Below are positions 16,458 through 25,180 of a stretch of DNA of 28,934 nt, piece after piece. Below the pieces are notes generated by a model that was given only the letters and a program-made list of their open reading frames with translations, was not told the origin of the DNA and searched no databases. The DNA is from Gemmatimonadota bacterium (GTDB taxonomy: Bacteria > ARS69), in NCBI GenBank assembly GCA_020431545.1, contig JAGQIB010000222.1, positions 1-28,934 of the forward strand, read 5' to 3'. The position numbers were made by a program, and so were the translations under genes. Position 1 is the first letter of the stretch, and each line of letters begins with the position of its first letter.

Positions 16458-17651
16458 ATGACGCCCGTCGACGATCAATCCCCCGAATCCACCGCCCACG
16501 TGGACTTCGATCGGCTGGAACGGGACGGCCTCCAGGAGGTCCGGCAGTTCCGTGAACGCATGGCCCGCACGGCGAATCGTCATCGCCGCCGCCGCTGGCT
16601 CCTGCCGACATCGCTATTGCTGAACGCGATCGTCCTGGCCGCATTGATCGCGGCGGCGAAGGGCGCCCTGTTCGGAGCGCGCGAGACCCCTCCGGTCCTG
16701 TTCGAGGGCAACGTGGTCCAGATCCTCAGCCTGTCCGGCGAGGAGGTGATCTGGACGCACGAGTTTCCCGCGCGCGTCTCGCGGGCCGAGATCGCTCCGT
16801 GGGGACGTCGCCCGCGCGAGGTGGTGGTCTCGCTTTACTCGGAGTCGGGGCGACCGGGTCCCGTTCTCGACTGGGACTTCCGGCGGAACCGCGAGGTCTG
16901 GCGCCACGAGATGTCGCCCGAGGAACTCATCCGGTACTTCCCGGCCGACCTGGTCCGCGTGGGAGCCGTCTGGTGCAACGACTTCGCGTTCGCGGACGTG
17001 GACGGCGACGGCGAGGCGGAGATCGCGGCGGCGTTCCATTCCGAGATCTACTACCCGGCCGGTCTCCGCACGCTCGATCGCGACGGCCACGTGCTCGGGA
17101 CCTACTGGCACCCCGGATACTTCGACGAGGTGCTCGCGGCGGACGTCGATCGGGACGGCGACGACGAGATCCTCGCCGCAGGCACGAACAACGCGCATCA
17201 CGGCGCGACCATCGTCCTGCTCGATGCGGAACACCTGTCCGGCTGCGCCCGGGACGACTCGTCGAATCGGATGATGACGCAAGAGGGGCCGGTGGACGAC
17301 GGCGCACTCGCGCGGCTCGTCCTCCCCGCCTGGGACCGGGAGATCATGGACGCGGTGGGGATCGAGAGACTCCACGCGCACAAGATGGCGTGGCGGGGAA
17401 TCGATCGGCAGATCCAGATCGAGATCGGACTCGAGTCCCGGAGCGCGACGGCCCTGATCCGGACGGACGCGGAGCTGCGCCCGCTCGAGGTCATCCCCCA
17501 CGGAGGACTGCTGAACACGGCCCGCATCGCGCGGGAGCAGGGACTCCTCTCGGTCGACGCGACGACACAGCAGTTCTGGGACGAGTGGCTCGCGCACGCG
17601 CAACGCTTCGGCGAGCTGGCGACTCCCGCCCCGTCCGCTCCGGCCTCCTAG
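16458..17651 (+). CDS. Single-pass membrane protein with extracytoplasmic FG-GAP/VCBS-like repeats (candidate anti-sigma or sensor)
   Basis: GGAG RBS, 12 nt after the sigma stop. About 45-aa cytoplasmic N-terminus ending RHRRRR, TM WLLPTSLLLNAIVLAALIAAA, then repeats FADVDGDGEAEIAAA and AADVDRDGDDEILAAG. 397 aa. Confidence 0.75.
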   Translation: MTPVDDQSPESTAHVDFDRLERDGLQEVRQFRERMARTANRHRRRRWLLPTSLLLNAIVLAALIAAAKGALFGARETPPVLFEGNVVQILSLSGEEVIWTHEFPARVSRAEIAPWGRRPREVVVSLYSESGRPGPVLDWDFRRNREVWRHEMSPEELIRYFPADLVRVGAVWCNDFAFADVDGDGEAEIAAAFHSEIYYPAGLRTLDRDGHVLGTYWHPGYFDEVLAADVDRDGDDEILAAGTNNAHHGATIVLLDAEHLSGCARDDSSNRMMTQEGPVDDGALARLVLPAWDREIMDAVGIERLHAHKMAWRGIDRQIQIEIGLESRSATALIRTDAELRPLEVIPHGGLLNTARIAREQGLLSVDATTQQFWDEWLAHAQRFGELATPAPSAPAS

Positions 17652-17680
17652 GACCCCTCCGCCGCGCCGGCCGGGCGGCC

Positions 17681-17689
17681 TGATATACT
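17681..17689 (+). promoter_or_regulatory. Putative extended -10 promoter (TG-A-TATACT) for the BNR gene at 17730
   Basis: TGnTATAcT match; the only AT-rich patch in this intergenic gap, 40 nt upstream of the ATG. Confidence 0.55.
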
Positions 17690-17729
17690 CGCTGGCGCCC
17701 CCTCCCGCGACCACCACCGGAGCGAGACC

Positions 17730-20294
17730 ATGCCGCGCCCGCCGCTACTCCGCCGCCCCGTCGCCCCGGTCCTGCTGGCCGGCGCTCTTCTCGCGGGGGG
17801 CCTGCTCGTCGCCCGCGACACGCCGTCGCCGACCGAGCCGCCGAAGCAGCCGAACGAGTGGTTCCACTTCCAGCGCGCCTGGCCCGCCCACGACCTCCCG
17901 CAGGGCGCGTACGCGCGCGCGCTGCGACAGGCGCGCGCCCTCGCTCCCGAGCGCGGACGCGCCGTCGGCGGCGAGTGGCAGGCCGCGGGCCCCACGAACG
18001 TGGGCGGGCGGGTGACCGCGATCGCGGTCGACCCCACGAACGCGTCGCGCTACTGGATCGGCGCCGCGGATGGAGGAGTCCTGCGAACGACGGACGCGGG
18101 CAACACGTGGACGCCGCTTCTCGACGACTTCGGCGGCCTCTCCGTGGGCGCGCTCGCGCACCACCCGAGCGATCCCGGCGTGCTCCTCTGCGGTACGGGC
18201 GAGGCGAACACGTCCGGCGACTCGTACGACGGCGTCGGCATCCTGAAGACGACGGACGGCGGCGACACGTGGACGAACCTCGGGCTGCCGAACTCGCAAC
18301 GCATCGCGAAGATCGCGTGGGACGCCACGAACCCCGCGCGAATCTGGGTCGCGGTCGCCGGCGGCCTGTTCTCGACCGGCCCCGACCGCGGCGTCTACCG
18401 CTCCACGGACTCCGGCGCCACCTGGAGTCGCGTGCTGTTCCTCTCGGACATGACCTCCGCGACGGACGTGGTGGTGGATCCCACGAACGGTGATCGCGTG
18501 TACGCCGCGATGTGGGATCGGCTGCGCTCGCCGAGCGATCGGATCGTCTCCGGTCCGAACTCCGGAATCTGGCGCTCCACGAACGGCGGCGACACGTGGG
18601 TCGAGATGACGAGCGGCGTGCCCACGGGCTCCGACGTCGCGCGCATCGGGCTCGCCGTCGCCCCGAGCCAGCCGTCGCGCGTGTACGCCGTGTACTCGCG
18701 CTTCAACACGACGTCCGGCACCTACCTCGACGACGTCTACCGCTCCGACAACTTCGGCACGAACTGGAGCGCCGTGAGCAACTCGTCGATCGGGAATCCG
18801 TACTCGTCGTTCGGCTGGTACTTCGGGCAGATCCGGGTCTCTCCGACCAACCCCTCGGAGGTGTACGTCCTCGGCGTGACGCTCGAGCGCTCGACGGACG
18901 GCGGCGTGAACTGGTCCGACCGCACGCCGATCCACGTGGACCAGCACGACCTCTGGATCAATCCCGCGGCGGGCGCCAGCCTCATCGCGGGCCACGACGG
19001 TGGCGTCGACACCTCGGTGAATTCGGGCGCCAGCTGGTCGAAGAAGCCGGACCTGCCGATCACGCAGTTCTACGCGATCACGGTGGACCCGCAGCTCCCG
19101 CACCGCATCTACGGCGGAACGCAGGACAACTCCACCCCGCGCACGCTCACGGGCGCGCTCGACGACTGGGACGTCCTGATCGGGGGCGACGGCTTCACCG
19201 TGGTCGTGGACCCCACGAACTCGAACACGATCTACGGCGAGTACCAGTACGGCGGTCTCTCCAAGGCGACCGACGGGTCGAACTTCTTCTCGATCTTCTA
19301 CGGCGCGGGCGACGGACGCGCGAACTGGCACATGCCGTTCGTGATGCATCCCACGGAGCCGCAGACGCTGTACGCCGGCACGTACCGGGTGCACCGCACG
19401 ACGAACGGCGGGAACAGCTGGAGCGCGATCTCGCCGGATCTCACGGACGGCGCCGGCGGGGGCGCCCTGGTGTTCGGCACGCTCACGACGCTCGCGCTGG
19501 CCCCGTCGGCGCCGAGCACGATCTACTCCGGCGCGGACGACGGCAGCGTGTGGGTCACGACGAACGGCGGCTCGTCGTGGTCGAACGTCGAGGCGGGCCT
19601 GCCCGTACGCTGGGTCACGCGGGTCGCGGTCGATCCGGGCGACGACGCGATCGCGTACGTGACCCATTCGGGCTACCGCGAGGACGTGTTCACGCCGCAC
19701 GTGTTCCGCACCACGAACCACGGCACGACCTGGGCCGACATCAGCGGCAATCTTCCGAACGCGCCCGCCAACGACCTGATCGTGGATCCCCAGGACACGA
19801 ACCGACTCTACGTGGCGACGGACGTCGGCGTGTACACGAGCGCGGATCTCGGCGGCACGTGGACCGTACTCGGCTCGGGGCTGCCGCTGTGCGTCGTGGC
19901 GGATCTCGAGCTGCACGACGACTCGCGCGCGCTCGTCGCCGGCACGCACGGTCGCTCGGCGTTCACGTTCGATCTCACGACCGTGGTCGACGCACCGGTC
20001 GTGGCCGACGTGGCCGGCGGACCGTCGCTCGAGGCGCCTTTCCCGAACCCGACCGCGGATCGCTCGCTGTTCGCGTTCACGCTGCCCCGGGCGGGAACCG
20101 CCCACGTGTCGATCCACGACGTCACGGGCCGGCGCATCCGGGAACTCCGGACCGGCGAGGCGCCCGCCGGTCGCACCGCCGTCACCTGGGACGGAACGAA
20201 CGACGCCGGCGACCCGGTGGCCGCCGGCGTGTACTTCGCCCGGCTCGAAGCGCTCGGAGAGCGGCGCTCCGTGAAGGTGTCACGGCTTCGCTAG
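17730..20294 (+). CDS. Secreted BNR/Asp-box (VPS10/sortilin-like) beta-propeller protein with FlgD-Ig/T9SS-like tail
   Basis: 854 aa. N-terminal hydrophobic segment, GPTNVGGR, many Asp boxes (RTTDAGNTW, KTTDGGDTW, RSTDSGATW, RSTNGGDTW). Tail: PFPNPT...DVTGRRI...WDGTNDAGDPVAAGVYFARL. Paralog of 3697-6210. Confidence 0.9.
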   Translation: MPRPPLLRRPVAPVLLAGALLAGGLLVARDTPSPTEPPKQPNEWFHFQRAWPAHDLPQGAYARALRQARALAPERGRAVGGEWQAAGPTNVGGRVTAIAVDPTNASRYWIGAADGGVLRTTDAGNTWTPLLDDFGGLSVGALAHHPSDPGVLLCGTGEANTSGDSYDGVGILKTTDGGDTWTNLGLPNSQRIAKIAWDATNPARIWVAVAGGLFSTGPDRGVYRSTDSGATWSRVLFLSDMTSATDVVVDPTNGDRVYAAMWDRLRSPSDRIVSGPNSGIWRSTNGGDTWVEMTSGVPTGSDVARIGLAVAPSQPSRVYAVYSRFNTTSGTYLDDVYRSDNFGTNWSAVSNSSIGNPYSSFGWYFGQIRVSPTNPSEVYVLGVTLERSTDGGVNWSDRTPIHVDQHDLWINPAAGASLIAGHDGGVDTSVNSGASWSKKPDLPITQFYAITVDPQLPHRIYGGTQDNSTPRTLTGALDDWDVLIGGDGFTVVVDPTNSNTIYGEYQYGGLSKATDGSNFFSIFYGAGDGRANWHMPFVMHPTEPQTLYAGTYRVHRTTNGGNSWSAISPDLTDGAGGGALVFGTLTTLALAPSAPSTIYSGADDGSVWVTTNGGSSWSNVEAGLPVRWVTRVAVDPGDDAIAYVTHSGYREDVFTPHVFRTTNHGTTWADISGNLPNAPANDLIVDPQDTNRLYVATDVGVYTSADLGGTWTVLGSGLPLCVVADLELHDDSRALVAGTHGRSAFTFDLTTVVDAPVVADVAGGPSLEAPFPNPTADRSLFAFTLPRAGTAHVSIHDVTGRRIRELRTGEAPAGRTAVTWDGTNDAGDPVAAGVYFARLEALGERRSVKVSRLR

Positions 20295-20303
20295 CCGCGC
20301 GCC

Positions 20304-21911
20304 CTAGCGCAGCTGCACCTTGGAGGTCGTGCGGCGACCGTCCGCGGCGACCGCGCGCAGGAAGTAGGTTCCGGCGGGCACCCGCCGCCCCGCGTCGTCG
20401 ACGGCGTCCCAGCGGATCTCACCCGACGTGTCGGTGCGGTTCCGCGCGGTCACGTCCGCCACGCGACGGCCCAGCACGTCGTACACCGCGAACTCCACCG
20501 GCAGGTCGGCCGGGGCGGTGAACGTCGCGCGGACGGAGCCCTCCGCGGGATTCGGGAACACGCGCAGCGCGAACTCCCCCGCCGCCGCGATCTCGGGCGC
20601 GGCCGTCGGCGCGTCCGGGTCGCGGTAGATGCGGTAGACGTGGGCCTCGTAGCCGTCGAACGTGTCGGTGAACTGATCCCCGTTCACCGGAATCCAGCGT
20701 TGCTCGAACAGCACCTCCGCCCACTCGGCGTCGAGGTTTCCGGGGACGTGGATCGTGGCCGGTCCCGAGTAGCCGTTGCGGCTCGCGGCGAACACGAGTC
20801 CCTCCTCCTCCACGTCCTTCCGCCCGAAGGTGTCCACGTCGGCCTGGTTGTCGGAGACGCCTTCCAGCTTCGGTTGCGCCAGGCTCGGCGCGATCGACGC
20901 GAACTCGGAGATCACCTGCCGGGTGACGTCCCAGTTGTCCTCGCCGCTGCCGAGCTCGTGGTACCAGGTCCAGCCCGCCCACAGGAGTCCGGTCGCGCCG
21001 TGGATGATCGACTGCGTTGCCTCCCAGCGGGACTCCTTCAGCGGGATCGACTTGTGGGCCTGCACGATCATCCAGAGCGGCTGCCCCGGTTCGTTCAGCT
21101 CGTTCAGGAAGATGTCGGCGGCGATCGGCAGTCGATCCATCTTGCACTCGGGCCAGCCGAGGACGTTGAAGTCCGTGCAGGTTCCGGGACCGGCGGGGTA
21201 CGGGTAGCTCGCGAAGAGCACGATATCCGTGGCCGGGATGTAGCCCGAGACGTCGTCTTTCCAGGTCTGCAGATCCTTGGACAGGTGCGCCGGCGCGAAG
21301 TTCATCACCACCGGTCGCGCGCCGTCGACGTCGTGCAGCTGCTCGAACGTCTCGAGAACGTGCAGGCTGTCGATGTCGCCGACCTGGCCGCGGGAGATGG
21401 TCCACACCGGCTCGTCCCGGTTCGCGTAGCCGAGGTGGCGACCGTTCCAGGGGAAGCACTGGTCGAGATCCTCGAGCAGGTTGTTCTCGTACATCGGATT
21501 GTCGACCTCGAACTCCGGCGTGTTCGGATTGTCCCAGTTCCAGGTGTCCGGCGAACCGGTGACGACGTAGTAGCCGGTCGCGAGCGCGGAGTCGCGGATG
21601 GCGGCGCACGTCGCGAGCGATTCCGAGTAGGCGAATCCGAGATCCCACACCGTGTTCGCGCCCGACTGACGAATGCGGTCGTTCCAGTCGTCCGGGTACT
21701 GCTCGATTCCGAGATCGAGGAGACCCACCGGGAAGAACCGCTGACCGTTCACGCGCAGGATCTTGTCGAAGCCGATCCAGACCGACTGCGCGTGGACGGT
21801 GCCCGCAACGAGGAGCAGGCCCAGGGCCGCCAGCGCGGTTCGGCTCCAGGCGAGCGTCGACCGGCTCCGAAGGAGTGACGTGCGGCGCGGCAGGCGCGCG
21901 AAATGCAGCAT
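20304..21911 (-). CDS. Secreted TIM-barrel glycoside hydrolase-like protein (clan GH-A-like) with FlgD-Ig/T9SS-like tail
   Basis: 535 aa. Signal peptide ending VHA|Q; VNGQRFFPVGL, YANRDEP (candidate acid/base), PLWMIVQA, IIHGATGLLW. Tail: VFPNPA...YDVLGRRV...WDAVDDAGRRVPAGTYFLR. Confidence 0.75.
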   Translation of the reverse strand: MLHFARLPRRTSLLRSRSTLAWSRTALAALGLLLVAGTVHAQSVWIGFDKILRVNGQRFFPVGLLDLGIEQYPDDWNDRIRQSGANTVWDLGFAYSESLATCAAIRDSALATGYYVVTGSPDTWNWDNPNTPEFEVDNPMYENNLLEDLDQCFPWNGRHLGYANRDEPVWTISRGQVGDIDSLHVLETFEQLHDVDGARPVVMNFAPAHLSKDLQTWKDDVSGYIPATDIVLFASYPYPAGPGTCTDFNVLGWPECKMDRLPIAADIFLNELNEPGQPLWMIVQAHKSIPLKESRWEATQSIIHGATGLLWAGWTWYHELGSGEDNWDVTRQVISEFASIAPSLAQPKLEGVSDNQADVDTFGRKDVEEEGLVFAASRNGYSGPATIHVPGNLDAEWAEVLFEQRWIPVNGDQFTDTFDGYEAHVYRIYRDPDAPTAAPEIAAAGEFALRVFPNPAEGSVRATFTAPADLPVEFAVYDVLGRRVADVTARNRTDTSGEIRWDAVDDAGRRVPAGTYFLRAVAADGRRTTSKVQLR

Positions 21912-21957
21912 GGAGAGCGGCTCCGGGGGGCTCCGGGTGAAGGGGCAGCAGACGCGG

Positions 21958-21963
21958 ATTCTA
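21958..21963 (-). promoter_or_regulatory. Putative -10 element (TAGAAT) for the gene starting at 21911
   Basis: Plus-strand ATTCTA reads TAGAAT on the minus strand (5/6 match), 46 nt upstream of the ATG. Confidence 0.4.
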
Positions 21964-22079
21964 GCGGATCCCGGGGCCGCGGAGGAAGAGGACCGCCCGC
22001 CGCCCGCAGGCGCATCGCGAAGAGAATACCCCAGGGCGCGCGGCTGCGGGAAGAGACCCTGGCTGCTTGTGAGGAACGC

Positions 22080-22250
22080 TCACTGTCGGTTGCAGCGGTC
22101 CCCGGTGGCGTCCCCGGGCGAGACCCGCGAACAGCCGCATCCGGAAGAACCGGTCGTCGAGACGGGGCTTCCGGCCGCCCGGAGACGAAGCCATCCCCAG
22201 ATCCCGGTGGCCACTCCGAGGCCCAGCACCACGACGACGTCCGTCCACAT
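22080..22250 (-). CDS. Small (56 aa) single-TM protein with a Cys-containing tail, last gene of the rnf operon
   Basis: MWTDVVVVLGLGVATGIWGWLRLRAAGSPVSTTGSSGCGCSRVSPGDATGDRCNRQ. ATG is 2 nt after the rnfA stop; hydrophobic N-terminus followed by RLR. Confidence 0.6.
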   Translation of the reverse strand: MWTDVVVVLGLGVATGIWGWLRLRAAGSPVSTTGSSGCGCSRVSPGDATGDRCNRQ

Positions 22251-22252
22251 GA

Positions 22253-22834
22253 CTAGCCCGCCCCGAGCAGGCCGGCGAAGCCCATGAACGCGAGCGACAG
22301 GATGCCGGCGATGAGCAGCTGGATCGCGGTGCCCCGCGCCGCGGCCGGAACGTCCGACAGCTCCACCTCGACCCGGATGCCGGCCATCAGAACCAGCGCC
22401 AGCGTCAGGCCGGCCCCGGCGCCGATCGCGAACACGATTCCCTCGAGGAATCCGTAGCCGCGGTTCGTCTGGAACAGGGCGAGACCGAGGATCGCGCAGT
22501 TCGTGGTGATGAGCGGCAGGAAGATCCCGAGCGCGCGGAACAGTGCGGGCGAGAGCTTCTTGATCGCCATCTCCACGAACTGCACCACGCTCGCGATCAC
22601 GAGGATGAAGCTGATCAGCTTCAGGTACGGGGCGTACGGGAGGATGAACCGGTCGAGCGCCCACGCGCACGCCGACGTGATCACCAGGACGAAGATGTTC
22701 GCGAGCCCGAGACGAAACGCCGTATCGAGACGCCCGGACACACCGAAGAAGGGACACAGCCCGAGGAAATACGACAGCGTGAAGTTGTTCACCACCATCG
22801 CGCCCAGGAAGATCCAGAGGAGATGCCCGCTCAT
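22253..22834 (-). CDS. rnfA: Rnf electron transport complex subunit A
   Basis: NNFTLSYFLGLCPFFG, VIASVVQFVEM and LGIFLPLITTNCAILG, with both conserved Cys. ATGA overlap with rnfE. 193 aa. Confidence 0.96.
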   Translation of the reverse strand: MSGHLLWIFLGAMVVNNFTLSYFLGLCPFFGVSGRLDTAFRLGLANIFVLVITSACAWALDRFILPYAPYLKLISFILVIASVVQFVEMAIKKLSPALFRALGIFLPLITTNCAILGLALFQTNRGYGFLEGIVFAIGAGAGLTLALVLMAGIRVEVELSDVPAAARGTAIQLLIAGILSLAFMGFAGLLGAG

Positions 22835-23487
22835 GCGGCCGCCTTTCGCAGGGGCTCGACCGCGGCGGCCTTCGCCCGGGCCGCCGCGCGTGCCTTCCAG
22901 GCGCCGAACACGAGCAGGATCGCGCCGAGCATGAGAAACCCGCCGGGGGGCAGGATCATCACGACCCAGGGCTCGAAGTTCGGACCGAACAGCGACACGC
23001 CGAACAGCGTGCCGTTGCCGAGGATCTCCCGCGTGGCGCCCAGCAGGAACAGTGCGAACGTGAACCCCGCGCCCATGCCCACCGCGTCCGCCACCGCGAG
23101 GCGGATTCCGTGCCGCGACGCGAACGCCTCCTGCCGGCCGAGGATCACGCAGTTCACGACGATGAGCGAGATGAACGCGCCGAGCTCCTTGTGGATGCCC
23201 GGCACGAACGCCTGCAGGACGAGATCGGCGATCGTCACGAACGTCGCGATGATCACGATGTAGGTGGAGATGCGGACCGGCTTCGGGATCACCTTCCGCA
23301 GGCTGGAGACGAGGAAGCTCGAGCCCACGAGCACGAAGAACGTCGCCACGCCCATCGCGAGCGCATTCGGGGCCGTGTTCGTGACCGCAAGCGACGGGCA
23401 CATCCCGAGCACCTGCACGAGGACGGGATTCTCGCGCCACAGCCCCTTGAGGAGCTCCTCCCGCACCGAGAGCTCACGCGCCTTCAA
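22831..23487 (-). CDS. rnfE: Rnf electron transport complex subunit E
   Basis: GLWRENPVLVQVLGMCPSLAVT and LGAFISLIVVNCVILGRQEAFA. TTG start with GGAGAG RBS and a TTGA overlap with rnfG. 218 aa. Confidence 0.95.
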   Translation of the reverse strand: MKARELSVREELLKGLWRENPVLVQVLGMCPSLAVTNTAPNALAMGVATFFVLVGSSFLVSSLRKVIPKPVRISTYIVIIATFVTIADLVLQAFVPGIHKELGAFISLIVVNCVILGRQEAFASRHGIRLAVADAVGMGAGFTFALFLLGATREILGNGTLFGVSLFGPNFEPWVVMILPPGGFLMLGAILLVFGAWKARAAARAKAAAVEPLRKAAA

Positions 23488-24143
23488 GACGCACTCTCCA
23501 GGCGCGACGCCCAGGTGCGCGCCACGGCGTCGAGGACCTTCACCACGGCGCGCGAGGAGATCGTCGCCCCGGTGATGGCGTCGACCTGATTCGGCGCCGT
23601 CTTCTCTCCGCGCTTCACGAGCACGACCTCCGGATCGATTGCAAGCGCCTCGAAGTTCGCCGCGAACTGGGCATCCTTCGCGATCTTGTCGCCGAGGCCG
23701 GGAGTCTCCCGGCTCTCCAGGACCTTGACCCCCACGATCCGTCGCCCCGCGGGCTCGTAGCCCACAAGCAGGCGAATCGTGTCCTGGAATCCCGCGCCCT
23801 CCGCGGGAATCGCGTAGCCGAGCAGCGTGCCGGCGTCGTCGCGGGCGGCGAACACCTCGGCCGGCGGCGCGCCGCTCGCGTTCGTCCCCGGTTCCGCCGC
23901 GGCCACGAGGCGGTCGCCTTGCCACGCGAACGGTTCGAGCTTCGTGGATCCGGGCACCACCAGGAACACCGCCTCGCGGAGCGCGCGCGCCTGGTTCGCC
24001 TGCACGATCGGCAACGTGGCGTCGTACGTCGCCACGAGCCCGGCGCCGGACAGCACGCCGGCCACGACCAGAGTGGCGACGAGCTTCAGCGAGCCGGGTT
24101 CCCGGGTCGGTCCGGGCACGATCACGCTCGAGCCGGTGCTCAT
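23484..24143 (-). CDS. rnfG: Rnf electron transport complex subunit G
   Basis: N-terminal TM anchor, GFQDTIRLLVG, ETPGLGDKI and the covalent FMN motif DAITGATISS. ATGA overlap with rnfD. 219 aa. Confidence 0.95.
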   Translation of the reverse strand: MSTGSSVIVPGPTREPGSLKLVATLVVAGVLSGAGLVATYDATLPIVQANQARALREAVFLVVPGSTKLEPFAWQGDRLVAAAEPGTNASGAPPAEVFAARDDAGTLLGYAIPAEGAGFQDTIRLLVGYEPAGRRIVGVKVLESRETPGLGDKIAKDAQFAANFEALAIDPEVVLVKRGEKTAPNQVDAITGATISSRAVVKVLDAVARTWASRLESAS

Positions 24144-25180
24144 GCCGCCCTCCCCCGTCCGAACGGCCGCGGCTGCGTCCATCGATCCACGTGCGGCACC
24201 ATCGCGTTCATCAGCAGGATCGCGTACATCACGCCTTCCGGCAGGCCGCCGAACAGCCGGATCAGCACCACGAGCACTCCGATCCCCGCGCCGAACACCC
24301 ACGCCCCGCGCGGCGTCACCGGCGACGTGACGGGATCCGTCGCCATGAACACGGCGCCGAGGAGCAATCCGCCGGAGAACAGCAGGAACAGCGTCGACGG
24401 ACAGCGCGCCGGCAGCAGCACGTGCAGCAACCCGCCGAACGCCGCCACCGCGAGCAGGATCGCGAGCGGGATCCGCCAGTCGAACAGTCGTCGGACCGCC
24501 ATCACGATACCGAGCAGGAGCAGCAGTCCGGCACTCGTCTCGCCGAGCGATCCCGCCGTGTGTCCGCTCAGAAGAGACGGCACCGCGGTGGTCACGCCCT
24601 GGAACTTCGCGAGCGAGAGCGGCGTCGCGGCGGTCACGGAGTCCACGCCCGCGCGGGAAAGGAAGGGGAACGCGAAGTTCGTCGCGCGCCAGGCGAGCCA
24701 CGGCGCGGCTTCGCCGGCCGGAGGCGACCAGGTGGTGAGCACGGTGGGAAACGCGGCCTGCAGAAACGCGCGGCCCACCAGAGCGGGATTGAAGACGTTC
24801 TGCCCGAGCCCCCCGAAGACCGTCTTCCCGAGCGCGATCGCGACGGCGCCGCCGAGGACGGCCATCCACAGCGGAATCGCCGGGGGCAACGTGAGCCCGA
24901 GCAGTAGTCCCGTGAGCGGCGCGCTTCCGTCGCGGAACGCGGCGACGAACCCGCGCCGGCCGCCGAACGCCCACTCCGCGAGTACGGACCCGAGCGTGGA
25001 CGCCGCGAGCACGAGCAGCGCCGACGGGCCGAAGAACACGACCGCCGCCGCGACGACCGGTACGAGCGCGATCAGCACCTCGGTCATGAGGCGCGGCGTG
25101 GTCAGGGAACGCGAGACGTACGGCGCCGCCCGGAGGATCAGCGAGTCGGGTTCGTGCTCGCGCGAGGCCAGATCGCTCAC
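24140..25180 (-). CDS. rnfD: Rnf electron transport complex subunit D
   Basis: LGKTVFGGLGQNVFNPALVGRAFL, FMN site DSVTAATPL, GSLGETS, FMATDPVTSP and EGVMYAILLMN. GTG start overlaps the rnfC stop. 346 aa. Confidence 0.96.
   Translation of the reverse strand: MSDLASREHEPDSLILRAAPYVSRSLTTPRLMTEVLIALVPVVAAAVVFFGPSALLVLAASTLGSVLAEWAFGGRRGFVAAFRDGSAPLTGLLLGLTLPPAIPLWMAVLGGAVAIALGKTVFGGLGQNVFNPALVGRAFLQAAFPTVLTTWSPPAGEAAPWLAWRATNFAFPFLSRAGVDSVTAATPLSLAKFQGVTTAVPSLLSGHTAGSLGETSAGLLLLLGIVMAVRRLFDWRIPLAILLAVAAFGGLLHVLLPARCPSTLFLLFSGGLLLGAVFMATDPVTSPVTPRGAWVFGAGIGVLVVLIRLFGGLPEGVMYAILLMNAMVPHVDRWTQPRPFGRGRAA

Noticed and set aside
20289-20309. Inverted repeat CGCTAG-N9-CTAGCG at the junction of convergent genes
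   Set aside because: It is largely produced by the two facing TAG stop codons and is too short to support a function.
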